From assembly GCA_016188425.1 (NCBI GenBank), contig JACPHX010000009.1:3582-67581 (forward strand): a stretch of DNA of 64,000 bases, read 5' to 3'. Positions 9,549 to 20,768 of this stretch are shown here, piece by piece; position 1 is the first letter of the stretch; every line of letters starts with the position of its first letter. The position numbers and the translations under genes were made by a program. Origin of the DNA: Candidatus Uhrbacteria bacterium. GTDB taxonomy: Bacteria > Patescibacteriota > Patescibacteriia > UBA9934 > GWF2-40-263. Under the pieces are notes generated by a model. It was given only the letters and a program-made list of their open reading frames with translations. It ran no database searches and was not told the DNA's origin.

Positions 9549-9705
9549 AGCAAGCGACTCTTAAAGACCAATGGGGTTTGGATTAAATCCGCACATGAGC
9601 CCATCCTTGCCACCGGCCCATTGCGTACAACGGGCGTAGGTCACACGATTGTTACTTCCAAGAATCGTCAGAAAAAAGTCGTAGTGTTCCTCCATACTTA
9701 AGACA

Positions 9706-10149
9706 CTACGGCGTACTCCTCGGCACTGAATGTATTGATAAGTGCTTTCTTCTCGCCACCTTGGTCCTTGCCAACTCTCTCTCAAGCGCGGCGGCAGCGG
9801 CCGCGAAACCTACATCGTCGACCTGATGCTTCTCCAAGAGAACCTGCCGTGCGCGTTCCTTCGCCTCCTCGACCCTCACGAGGTCCAGCTCTTCCATCTT
9901 CTCTGCCGTGTCTGCGAGCACCAATGCTTCCCCGCCTTTTTTCACTTCCAAAAATCCCGTGGAGATCGCGAGGTATTCTTCCTTGCCCGCGACCTTGAGC
10001 TTCATCTCCCCTGCCTTGAGCGCCGCCAAAAGTTCGATGTGATTGGGCAGGATCGTAATTTCCCCGCTGCCAGTCATGACGGTCACCGAATCAACGTCCT
10101 GTGAGAGGACGGCGCGTTCGGGGGTGACTATAGATAAATGAAGAGGCAT
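9706..10149 (-). CDS. atpC: F1 ATP synthase epsilon subunit
   Basis: The N-terminal beta-sandwich block LxIVTPERAVxSQDVDSVTVMTGSGEITILPNHIELLAALKAGEMK is typical of epsilon. It sits at the operon end after beta. The C-terminal tail is longer than usual. Confidence 0.85.
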   Translation of the reverse strand: MPLHLSIVTPERAVLSQDVDSVTVMTGSGEITILPNHIELLAALKAGEMKLKVAGKEEYLAISTGFLEVKKGGEALVLADTAEKMEELDLVRVEEAKERARQVLLEKHQVDDVGFAAAAAALERELARTKVARRKHLSIHSVPRSTP

Positions 10150-10152
10150 ATT

Positions 10153-12467
<2,315 letters not shown>

Positions 12468-12469
12468 AG

Positions 12470-13972
12470 CTAAACGCGTGTCTTTTTATAATCCTCAATG
12501 CCCTTCTTGAGCTCGGCCACCGTCTGATCCTTGAGCTCTCGATCCGTTTTGATCGTCTTCATCAGTTTGGAACCGACCGTCGCCATATATTCATGCAACC
12601 CCGCCTCCCATTCCGCTACCTCCTCCACCGGAACATCGTCAACGAGGCCGTTGATGACGGCAAATAAGACGACAACCTGATATTCAAACGGCATCGGGGA
12701 ATACTGGGGCTGTTTGATGATTTCCACGGCGCGGCGACCACGATCGATCTGCTTGCGCGTCGCTTCGTCCATATCCGTCGCAAACTGAGCAAACGCTTCC
12801 AACTCACGGAACTGTGCCAAATCCAGACGCAGCTTCCCTGCCACCTTCTTCATGGCCTTCGTCTGGGCTGCTGAACCTACGCGCGAGACAGACAAACCGA
12901 CGTTGAGTGCAGGACGGATTCCCCGATAGAATAGATCGGTTTCAAGATAAATCTGACCGTCCGTGATCGAGATCACGTTGGTCGGAATGTACGCAGATAC
13001 GTCACCCGCTTGGGTTTCGATGATGGGGAGCGCGGTCAGCGATCCACCACCATTTTCTTCATTGAGGCGAGCGGCACGCTCCAGGAGACGGGAGTGGAGA
13101 TAAAAAACATCTCCAGGATACGCTTCACGACCTGGCGGGCGGCGGAGCAGCAAGGAAAGCTCACGATACGCCCAAGCATGCTTGGAGAGGTCGTCATACA
13201 CCACGAGCACATCCTCACCCTTGCCCATGAAGTATTCGCCAATGGCGCAACCGGCATACGGGGACAAAAAGACGAGCGACGCAGGATCGGAAGCACCCGC
13301 AACAACAACGGTCGTGTATTCCATGGCTCCGGCCTTTTCAAGACGCGCGACAATATTGGCGACCTTTGATTCCTTCTGGCCGATCGCGACGTAAATACAC
13401 TTCACCCCCTCCCCTTTCTGATTCAAAATCGTATCAACGGCAATCGCCGTCTTTCCCACCTGGCGGTCGCCAATGATAAGCTCACGCTGTCCGCGGCCGA
13501 TCGGAATCATGGCATCGATGGCTTTGATACCCGTGTGGAGCGGCACCCCGACGCTTTTGCGAGTCATAACGCCTGGCGCCACCTTCTCAATCGGCATATG
13601 GGTCTTCACCTTGATGGACCCTTTGCCATCGATGGGCTCTCCCAGCGGGTTGATGACGCGACCGATCACTTCGTCAGAAACCGGAATAGAAAGAATACGG
13701 CCGGTTGATGTGACTGTATCCCCCTCCTTAATGCCAGAGGACTCGCCCAAAAGCATCGCTCCGACCGTCTCTTCTTCAAGGTTAAGCGCGACGCCGATGA
13801 CCCCGTTTGAAAATGAGAGCATTTCCGCGGCTTGGCAATCGGAAAGGCCAGTCAAGCGAGCGATGCCGTCACCGACAGAGATTACTTTTCCCACGTTTTT
13901 TGTCTCCGCCGTGGGAGCAAAATTCGCCAGCTGGCTTCGGAGCGCTTCGATTATGTCGTTTTTCTTCGTCAT
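12470..13972 (-). CDS. atpA: F1 ATP synthase alpha subunit
   Basis: GDRQVGKT P-loop, 500 aa, canonical alpha blocks. Confidence 0.97.
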   Translation of the reverse strand: MTKKNDIIEALRSQLANFAPTAETKNVGKVISVGDGIARLTGLSDCQAAEMLSFSNGVIGVALNLEEETVGAMLLGESSGIKEGDTVTSTGRILSIPVSDEVIGRVINPLGEPIDGKGSIKVKTHMPIEKVAPGVMTRKSVGVPLHTGIKAIDAMIPIGRGQRELIIGDRQVGKTAIAVDTILNQKGEGVKCIYVAIGQKESKVANIVARLEKAGAMEYTTVVVAGASDPASLVFLSPYAGCAIGEYFMGKGEDVLVVYDDLSKHAWAYRELSLLLRRPPGREAYPGDVFYLHSRLLERAARLNEENGGGSLTALPIIETQAGDVSAYIPTNVISITDGQIYLETDLFYRGIRPALNVGLSVSRVGSAAQTKAMKKVAGKLRLDLAQFRELEAFAQFATDMDEATRKQIDRGRRAVEIIKQPQYSPMPFEYQVVVLFAVINGLVDDVPVEEVAEWEAGLHEYMATVGSKLMKTIKTDRELKDQTVAELKKGIEDYKKTRV

Positions 13973-13974
13973 AG

Positions 13975-14361
13975 CTAGTCTTTCACGAAATGTGAGTGCA
14001 ATTGTTGAAGCCGTCCCCGGATCGAGCCGTCGAGTACTTGGTCATCTTTCTCAATGATCGCTCCCCCGATGAGGGCTGTATCGACCACGACCCTCAAATC
14101 TGCTCCCGCGATAACCGACTCAATGTCCTTTTCTGTTTCTTTTGAAAGCGGATGCGCGGAGGTGATGCGGACATTGGCAAGCCCATAGCGTTCCATCCAA
14201 ACCCGGTCGATCGCGCGTTCCAGGTCGGGCAGATGTGCGCGCTTTCCTTGCTGCACCAACCGTTCGATGACGACCTTGGCGAGTTCCACTTGGTCTTTGG
14301 GAGCTGCCTGTGCCATCGCGTCCACGCAAGCTTCGGCTATACGCTGCCAGTGCTGTTTCAT
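13975..14361 (-). CDS. atpH: F1 ATP synthase delta (OSCP) subunit, unusually short
   Basis: 128 aa. An in-frame TGA lies 5 codons upstream of the ATG, so no longer form is possible. The start overlaps the atpF stop by 4 nt. The C-terminal region (…[25 protein letters not shown]) matches the delta C-terminal domain. Confidence 0.75.
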   Translation of the reverse strand: MKQHWQRIAEACVDAMAQAAPKDQVELAKVVIERLVQQGKRAHLPDLERAIDRVWMERYGLANVRITSAHPLSKETEKDIESVIAGADLRVVVDTALIGGAIIEKDDQVLDGSIRGRLQQLHSHFVKD

Positions 14362-14927
14362 ACGAGTTTCATTTTCTCAATGACATCCTTCGCCAAACTC
14401 TCCGACTTTTTAGCCGTCATAGAATCGGAGAGCACAACACCGGCTGCCTCCACGACGACCGCGGCCAATTCCTTACGGGCAGATTGCACCATGCTCACAC
14501 GTTCGCGCGCGATCTCCTTCTTGCCAGATTCGACCACCTGACGCACTTGCTCCTTGGTCTCCTGAAGTACTCGTTCCCGTTCCACCTCCAGCTGGTCGCG
14601 GGTTTGGCGCATGAGTTCGGCCGCCTCCTTCTTGGCGCCGATGATCATGGAATCGCTGTGTTCCTTTGCTTGTTCGAGGGACTTTTTCGCCAGTTCCGCG
14701 TTTTGAACACCAGATTGGATCATGCCAGACCGTTCATCGAGCTTGGCGAGGACAGGCTTATAAATCCATTTCCAGACCACCAAAAGCACCAGCAGGAAGT
14801 TGAACCCCTGTGCCAGGAGGTAGCCGCCATTTATCCCGAGAGCCGAAAGGCCACCGGAGGGTGGCTCTGGTGACGACTCGACTGCCGTGGTGGTTGCGTA
14901 TGTCTGCGTGGTTTTCGCGGTCGCCAT
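14358..14927 (-). CDS. atpF: Fo ATP synthase b subunit
   Basis: 189 aa with a single N-terminal TM helix (FNFLLVLLVVWKWIY) followed by a long charged coiled coil. Confidence 0.85.
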   Translation of the reverse strand: MATAKTTQTYATTTAVESSPEPPSGGLSALGINGGYLLAQGFNFLLVLLVVWKWIYKPVLAKLDERSGMIQSGVQNAELAKKSLEQAKEHSDSMIIGAKKEAAELMRQTRDQLEVERERVLQETKEQVRQVVESGKKEIARERVSMVQSARKELAAVVVEAAGVVLSDSMTAKKSESLAKDVIEKMKLV

Positions 14928-14958
14928 AGATCGTCGCGGTGAGAACTCCTTTCACTAC

Positions 14959-15312
<354 letters not shown>

Positions 15313-16119
15313 TTAATGAGCCGCCGCATGTTCCTCCTCTCCCCCATGGGCGGTCGTCATGGTCGAGAGGAAGACGACAGTGAGCATGGCAAAGACGGTG
15401 GCCTGAATGAGGCCGACCATCATTTCCAAGAACAGGAATGGCAGGGGAATAAGGTAGGCAACCATGCTATAGATGACCGTAAGCAACACTTCACCGGCAA
15501 AAACATTTCCGAACAACCGGAGCGCCAATGATGCTGTTTTTGCGACTTCACCAATCGTTTCGAGCAATCCCACAAAGAACTCGGACAAAGCAACCACAAG
15601 AGCCATCGGGCCTTTCTTGACGGAAAGAACGATACCACGGAAGTTAAAAAACTTGCTGAAATGATTGAAGAATCCGATCGAGAGCAAACCGAAAATATGC
15701 ATCGAAACCACGGAAATGATGGCAATCGCGAGCGTAAAGTTCAAATCGCTCGTCGCGGGGCGAAACAAGGGGATCAACTCCCGCTCGCCTTGATGCATGG
15801 CCCAGACGCCGATCGATCCGACTCCTGGGAGCAAGCCGATCCAGTTTGAAAGGAGGATAAAGAAAAAAAGCGAGGCAACCAGCGGGAAAAACCGCCGCGC
15901 CTTCGTTTTGTTCCCCGTAATCTTTTCCATTTCCACGAGCAAAAAATCTACCAGCGTATCAACGACATGGGCAAAACCTTGCGGGGTGACCGCGGCACGG
16001 CGTCGGATGAACAATCCGGTGATAACAAAGACTACGAGCACGATCCACCCCGTAAAAATGCTATTTGTGACCGCAAAAGAGCCAAGATGGAAAATCGGTT
16101 CTGCCGCAATAGAAATCAT
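15313..16119 (-). CDS. atpB: Fo ATP synthase a subunit
   Basis: 268 aa with the conserved essential-Arg block LALRLFGNVFAGE and 5-6 TM helices. Confidence 0.95.
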   Translation of the reverse strand: MISIAAEPIFHLGSFAVTNSIFTGWIVLVVFVITGLFIRRRAAVTPQGFAHVVDTLVDFLLVEMEKITGNKTKARRFFPLVASLFFFILLSNWIGLLPGVGSIGVWAMHQGERELIPLFRPATSDLNFTLAIAIISVVSMHIFGLLSIGFFNHFSKFFNFRGIVLSVKKGPMALVVALSEFFVGLLETIGEVAKTASLALRLFGNVFAGEVLLTVIYSMVAYLIPLPFLFLEMMVGLIQATVFAMLTVVFLSTMTTAHGGEEEHAAAH

Positions 16120-16376
16120 ACCATGTCTTTAAATTCTTCCCCGAGCGCGCGTGTTTTCCGACGAACGGCGACCATGCTCCCCAAGAAGGAAGCGGCCACA
16201 CAGAGGATCAGGAACCAATGCCAGGTATCGAAACGTTTATCGAGCCAAGAACCAAGAAAAGCCCCAAGGACCGCGGGCGGCGCGATGAGTCCCGTTAGTT
16301 GAAAAAACGTCTTAGCCGCAAAGCGGTAGTAATTTCCAAGGCCGTCTGGCTTCTTTTGTTGGATTTTTTCATCCAC
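16116..16376 (-). CDS. AtpZ/AtpI-like small membrane protein leading the atp operon
   Basis: 86 aa with two TM helices, overlapping the atpB start by 4 nt. Its size and position fit the AtpZ (ATPase_gene1) family. The start is GTG at 16376. Confidence 0.55.
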   Translation of the reverse strand: MDEKIQQKKPDGLGNYYRFAAKTFFQLTGLIAPPAVLGAFLGSWLDKRFDTWHWFLILCVAASFLGSMVAVRRKTRALGEEFKDMV

Positions 16377-16468
16377 AGGTGGCCACAGTGTACCTTACTA
16401 GGAGATTTATTCAAGGATTTCAAAAATACCACTTGATTTCCAAAGCAAATTAACCACACAATGCTTCC

Positions 16469-17248
16469 ATGACGACGCCCGATACGTTCTTTCCACCCAT
16501 GAGACTATTCTGGACTTCCTTGAAACGGAACGCGAAAACAGTTTGGGTCCCCGTTGATGCAAAACTGTGGGCCATCGCAAGGGCGTTCGATCGCCTTGGC
16601 GTGAGCGGGAACCAAGTCACAGGGTACCGGGGCCTAGGCATTTTTCCTGGGGTGTATCTTTTCTCTACGAACCATTGGATTCTCGCGACGATCATTTTGG
16701 TTCCTTGCTTCCTAGGAGACAACACCGACGGGCTCGTCGCTCGTCTCCAAGAAGCGCGCCAAGCGGGGCCACTTCCCTTGCTGACAGAACTTCGAATGAC
16801 GTGGCGGGAGATATGGAAGTACAAAGGGTGCAGCCAATTCGGCATGGCCTTCGACCCATTTGTCGACAAAGTCCTCGTCCAGGGCGTGCTACAAATCACA
16901 GGGGGTGGCATTGTGCATCCTGGCTTGATGGTCGGCTCTATTTGTATAGCGCTCCTCTCGACGTGGCTGCGGATCATCATGTCGGAAATCAAGAAGAGTA
17001 CCGTTCTTTCAGGGAAGCCGGAACCCGTCTTTAGCATCGGCGCCAACACATGGGGCAAGGCCAAGATGGTGACAGAGGTCGGCTCGCTCATCGACATCGT
17101 CTTCCCCACCTTCATGATGGACCACAACCAGTACACGCGCGCAAACGCGAACGTGACTCTTCTCGCCTCTTGCATCCTGGGCCTCCTCTCCGTCCTGGGC
17201 CAAGCGCGAGGGCTGGTGCGGTATCTCGGAACCAGGCCCACGACGTAA
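16469..17248 (+). CDS. CDP-alcohol phosphatidyltransferase family protein
   Basis: Family signature D-x2-DG-x2-AR…G-x3-D-x3-D is present as GDNTDGLVARLQ…GMAFDPFVDKV. Multi-TM protein. The mirror ORF on the minus strand (16450-17241) is R-rich junk. Confidence 0.7.
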   Translation: MTTPDTFFPPMRLFWTSLKRNAKTVWVPVDAKLWAIARAFDRLGVSGNQVTGYRGLGIFPGVYLFSTNHWILATIILVPCFLGDNTDGLVARLQEARQAGPLPLLTELRMTWREIWKYKGCSQFGMAFDPFVDKVLVQGVLQITGGGIVHPGLMVGSICIALLSTWLRIIMSEIKKSTVLSGKPEPVFSIGANTWGKAKMVTEVGSLIDIVFPTFMMDHNQYTRANANVTLLASCILGLLSVLGQARGLVRYLGTRPTT

Positions 17249-17421
17249 TTCCCTTCTATCGAGAGATGGAGGGAAGTTTTTATAAGGGGAAGGATGATAG
17301 GGGATAATCTCTGTCATCCTTCCCCCCTAAACCACGCCGTTCACAAATTGAAAAGGCATGGTGATCCTGTTTGACACGCCACCTTTTCCGCGGTACGTTT
17401 TCCTTAGAAAGGAGGTGGCTA

Positions 17422-18324
17422 TTGGCCACAAAGCAACAGACGTACTCGTTCCTTAGAAACAGCATACAGTCAAACAACGACTGGCTCGCGGCATGCCATG
17501 CCGCTTTGCTCATGATGCTGGACAAATTGCATGATCCGAACCAGCAATTGCGGGATCCGGGCACCGGAAGCCTCAACAGCTCGGTGGCAAGGTTCCTGCA
17601 AATCATCCTCAAGACCAAATACGACATGAGGGCGGTCCGGATCTGCCGGGAATATCTTGAGCGCGCGGGGGTTGGCCCACCGCTCGATGGGGAGGAAACG
17701 CGAGCGCGCGCCCTTGCCCATATCGTCCGGCCGTATGTACAGGAACCCCTCCTGGACTTCGGCTGCGGCAGCGGGCTGACTTCTTGGGCGCTGCAGCCGA
17801 CGCAGCTTCCCATGAACTTCGACCCGGAAGCCGGGAACGAGCCCCCGCTCGTGCCCGTACAATTCGATCTCTCCGACGGGAGGGACGATCGGTGCAAGGG
17901 ATTCCCCTTTGCGACGAATCTCAAGGAGGTGTCCCGGCATGCGGAAACGATGGGGAAATTTACGACCCTCCTCATCGAAGTGCTTCATCACACGCAGGAT
18001 CCGGCAAAGATGCTGCGTTCCCTCATGCCGTTCACCCGGCGTTTCATCATCATCGAACCGGTCGTCGATACGCTCGTCTCGCGTCCGGTACAAGCGCTCA
18101 TGGACTGGTTCTTTGTCCGTGTCGTGCTTCAAAGCGACATGGACATCCCCAATACCTGGAAAACGGGTCACGAATGGCACGACGTATTCGAAGCTCCCGG
18201 CCTGAAGCTCGTCCACCGCGTCAAAATCGGCACCGCGTTCCCCCACGCGTACGAGGACCTTCGCTTGTATGTCGTCGATGTGGAGAACGGCGAAATCCTT
18301 GCCAGGCAGTTGTCCGCCGCGTGA
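17422..18324 (+). CDS. Class I SAM-dependent methyltransferase (putative)
   Basis: Motif I LLDFGCGSGLTS. The likely start is TTG at 17422, 6 nt after a strong SD AAGGAGGTG (17407-17415). The ORF track extends it to 17371. Confidence 0.5.
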   Translation: MATKQQTYSFLRNSIQSNNDWLAACHAALLMMLDKLHDPNQQLRDPGTGSLNSSVARFLQIILKTKYDMRAVRICREYLERAGVGPPLDGEETRARALAHIVRPYVQEPLLDFGCGSGLTSWALQPTQLPMNFDPEAGNEPPLVPVQFDLSDGRDDRCKGFPFATNLKEVSRHAETMGKFTTLLIEVLHHTQDPAKMLRSLMPFTRRFIIIEPVVDTLVSRPVQALMDWFFVRVVLQSDMDIPNTWKTGHEWHDVFEAPGLKLVHRVKIGTAFPHAYEDLRLYVVDVENGEILARQLSAA

Positions 18325-18521
18325 CCCCTCTTCGACTGGCTATCGATGTGGGGTTTATTTTTTTGCTCCCAAACCTTACAGATTGTCATTTTGTCATGCT
18401 TCCCGTCAGAGCATTTCACGCCTCATCCCGCCGCGTCTGTTTTGCTTCCAGTACCGAGACGGCTATGTGATCACCATAGATTGGGCGTCTGTACGGGAAA
18501 CGGGTATCATGATGCCAACCT

Positions 18522-19154
18522 ATGCTTTCTTGGATCCTCAAGCCATTTGATCTCATTTTTCACCTGGATCGTATTCTCCCCCCGCTCATCGCTACGCATG
18601 GCGATTGGGTGTATGGATTGCTTTCGTTCATTGTTTTTCTTGAAACCGGGCTCGTGATCGCCCCATTCCTACCGGGCGACTCCCTCCTGTTTGCTGCAGG
18701 AACGATGGCGGCTATCGGATCCTTAAATCCTGTTCTCCTATGGATTTTCCTCTGGATCGCGGCGGTCGCAGGCGATGCGTTGAATTACGCAGTGGGTCGA
18801 CTTGCCGGCGAACGTCTCCTTGCCTCCCGCTGGCTCTCCCGCAGACACTACGACCAAGCCCATGCCTTTTATGTGCGCTCCGGCAGTCTTGCCATTATCC
18901 TCGCTCGATTTATCCCGATTGTCCGTACCTTTGCCCCATTCGTCGCAGGCGTGAGCCGCATGCCCTATCAAGCATTTTTTTTCTATAACATCTTTGGCGG
19001 CGGGTTGTGGGTCACATTGTTTGTGTGGGGAGGGTATTTCTTCGGCAACCTCCCATTCATGCGCGATCGATTCTCCACGGTGGTTATTGGGATCGTGATT
19101 GTTTCGTTCCTGCCGTTTCTCTGGAAAACCTCGAGGGAATTCAAAAAAAGATAG
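18522..19154 (+). CDS. DedA/SNARE-associated (TVP38/TMEM64) family membrane protein
   Basis: 210 aa carrying FLPGDSLLFAAG and the conserved DedA core. Multi-TM. Confidence 0.85.
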   Translation: MLSWILKPFDLIFHLDRILPPLIATHGDWVYGLLSFIVFLETGLVIAPFLPGDSLLFAAGTMAAIGSLNPVLLWIFLWIAAVAGDALNYAVGRLAGERLLASRWLSRRHYDQAHAFYVRSGSLAIILARFIPIVRTFAPFVAGVSRMPYQAFFFYNIFGGGLWVTLFVWGGYFFGNLPFMRDRFSTVVIGIVIVSFLPFLWKTSREFKKR

Positions 19155-19244
19155 GCGGCACCATTGCCCTTCCGCCTGTTTTGTCGTACCATTTCGCCAC
19201 ATTCATCCTTCCAGCGACTTTTGTTCCCCCCTTCCACCCTCCTT

Positions 19245-20699
19245 ATGGATCCAGGAAACGTCATCATCCGTTTTGAAAATGTTACGTTTGGATACGATCA
19301 GGAAAACCCAAATCTCAAGGAGGTCAATTTTTCCGTTCGCGAGGACACGAAAATAACCTTGATGGGACAAAACGGAGCCGGAAAAAGCACCATTTTTAAA
19401 CTTATTACCGGGGAACTTAAACCAGATAAAGGGAATGTCCACATCAAGCAAGGTGCCAAAATCGGTATCGCGACCCAAGTGATGCCAAAGGAATGTCTGG
19501 ACATGGCCGTCTGCGACTTCTTCGCCCGTGCCTTCCCCGCAAGAATGTACGACTTGGACAGAAGGATCGCTGATGTCCTGGAGGCGGTGAACCTCGCGAC
19601 CCCCTACGATAAGCAGATAAAATTATTCTCTGGTGGCCAACAGGCGCGCCTGCTTTTGGCGTATGCCCTGATCCAAAACCCAGATATTCTCCTTTTGGAT
19701 GAACCGACCAACAACCTCGACGCGGCGGGGATTGAACACCTGACGGGTTTCCTGATGGTCTATTTAAAAACCGTCCTTGTCATCTCCCACGACGCCGAGT
19801 TCCTGAACTCGTTCACAGAGGGGGTGTTGAACCTCGATGTCCATACCAAAAAGGTAGAGAAATACGACGGAAACTACTTGAACGTTGTCGAAGAAATCGC
19901 CGCCCGCGTGGAGCGCGACCGTGCCAAAAATGCCCAGCTGGAGAAAGAAATTCAGGACCGGAAAGACAAAATCAACTTTTTTGCAAATAAAGGAGGAAAA
20001 ATGCGCGCCCTCGCCGCGAAGCTGCGCGATGAAGTCGTAGAGGCAGAGGAAAACATGGTGGATGTGCGCCGCGAGGATCGCACCATCCGCCCCTTTACGA
20101 TACCCGCGCAATCGTTTGTCGAGCCGATCGTCACGATCACTGCCGTTAAAGTGATCAAGGATCACGAACCATTTAGAGCCGCCATCTCGCTCCAACTCCG
20201 AAAACAACAGCGCCTCCTCGTCTCTGGACCAAACGGCATAGGAAAAAGCACGCTTCTTCGCACATTGGCAGACGGCGGCGATGAAGGAGCCGCCATCACC
20301 AAAGGAGTAAAGGTTGGCTATTATCGCCAAGATTTCTCGGGCTTGGATTTTGGCCAGACGGTTTACAAATCACTAGCTGCTTTGATGGAAATTCCCGACA
20401 ACGAACGTGTGCACGCTACCGCGGCGCAATTCCTTCTCACAGGGGAAACCCTGCATACGCTCGTGGGGTCGCTGTCAGAGGGCCAGAAGGGCCTTTTATG
20501 CTTTGCCAGGTTCGTGCTCCAAGAACCGGGCCTCCTCATTTTGGATGAGCCGACCAACCACATCAACTTCCGCCACCTCCCCGTGATCGCCGACGCGCTC
20601 AATGAGTATAAGGGCGCTATGATCGTCGTGAGTCACGCGCCAGACTTTTTAAACAAAATTAATTTCACGGAATACCTGGATTTAAGCACGCTGATATAA
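19245..20699 (+). CDS. ABC-F type ATPase (two tandem ABC domains, no TMD)
   Basis: Two Walker A motifs (GQNGAGKST, GPNGIGKST) and two signature motifs (LSGGQQARL, LSEGQKGLL). The start is placed at MDPGNV. The ORF track starts at 19164. Confidence 0.85.
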   Translation: MDPGNVIIRFENVTFGYDQENPNLKEVNFSVREDTKITLMGQNGAGKSTIFKLITGELKPDKGNVHIKQGAKIGIATQVMPKECLDMAVCDFFARAFPARMYDLDRRIADVLEAVNLATPYDKQIKLFSGGQQARLLLAYALIQNPDILLLDEPTNNLDAAGIEHLTGFLMVYLKTVLVISHDAEFLNSFTEGVLNLDVHTKKVEKYDGNYLNVVEEIAARVERDRAKNAQLEKEIQDRKDKINFFANKGGKMRALAAKLRDEVVEAEENMVDVRREDRTIRPFTIPAQSFVEPIVTITAVKVIKDHEPFRAAISLQLRKQQRLLVSGPNGIGKSTLLRTLADGGDEGAAITKGVKVGYYRQDFSGLDFGQTVYKSLAALMEIPDNERVHATAAQFLLTGETLHTLVGSLSEGQKGLLCFARFVLQEPGLLILDEPTNHINFRHLPVIADALNEYKGAMIVVSHAPDFLNKINFTEYLDLSTLI

Positions 20700-20714
20700 A
20701 CAATTCCTGGTCGC

Positions 20715-20755
20715 AAAAAATAGCGCAATGGTAACACCCTGCGCTCTTTTGTTTC
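20715..20755. terminator. Putative bidirectional terminator between the convergent ABC-F and surface-protein genes
   Basis: A7, then stem agcgca/tgcgct (20723-20728 / 20741-20746), then TTTTGTTT. Confidence 0.4.
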
Positions 20756-20768
20756 TTTGCTGCTGTTC

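Noticed and set aside
16377-16468. Possible atp operon promoter (TTGAAA-17-TAGTAA) upstream of the atpZ-like gene
   Set aside because: The -10 element is poor (it ends in A) and there is no convincing SD before the GTG start. It is left unannotated pending TSS data.
16450-17241. 263-aa minus-strand ORF mirroring the CDP-alcohol phosphatidyltransferase gene
   Set aside because: Arg/Pro/Trp-rich with no domain. The plus-strand frame carries the D-x2-DG-x2-AR…G-x3-D-x3-D family signature and a multi-TM profile, so the plus frame is taken as real.
17470-18470. Minus 258-aa and plus 228-aa ORFs overlapping the methyltransferase gene
   Set aside because: Both are R/E- or R-rich alternative-frame products. 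Only the 17422-18324 frame has a SAM-binding motif I (LLDFGCGSG).
19245-20699. ABC-F as an antibiotic-resistance (ARE) ribosomal-protection gene
   Set aside because: It has only the generic ABC-F architecture. I cannot measure the linker or arm features that distinguish ARE ABC-Fs from EttA/Uup-like housekeeping factors without an alignment, so no resistance claim is made.
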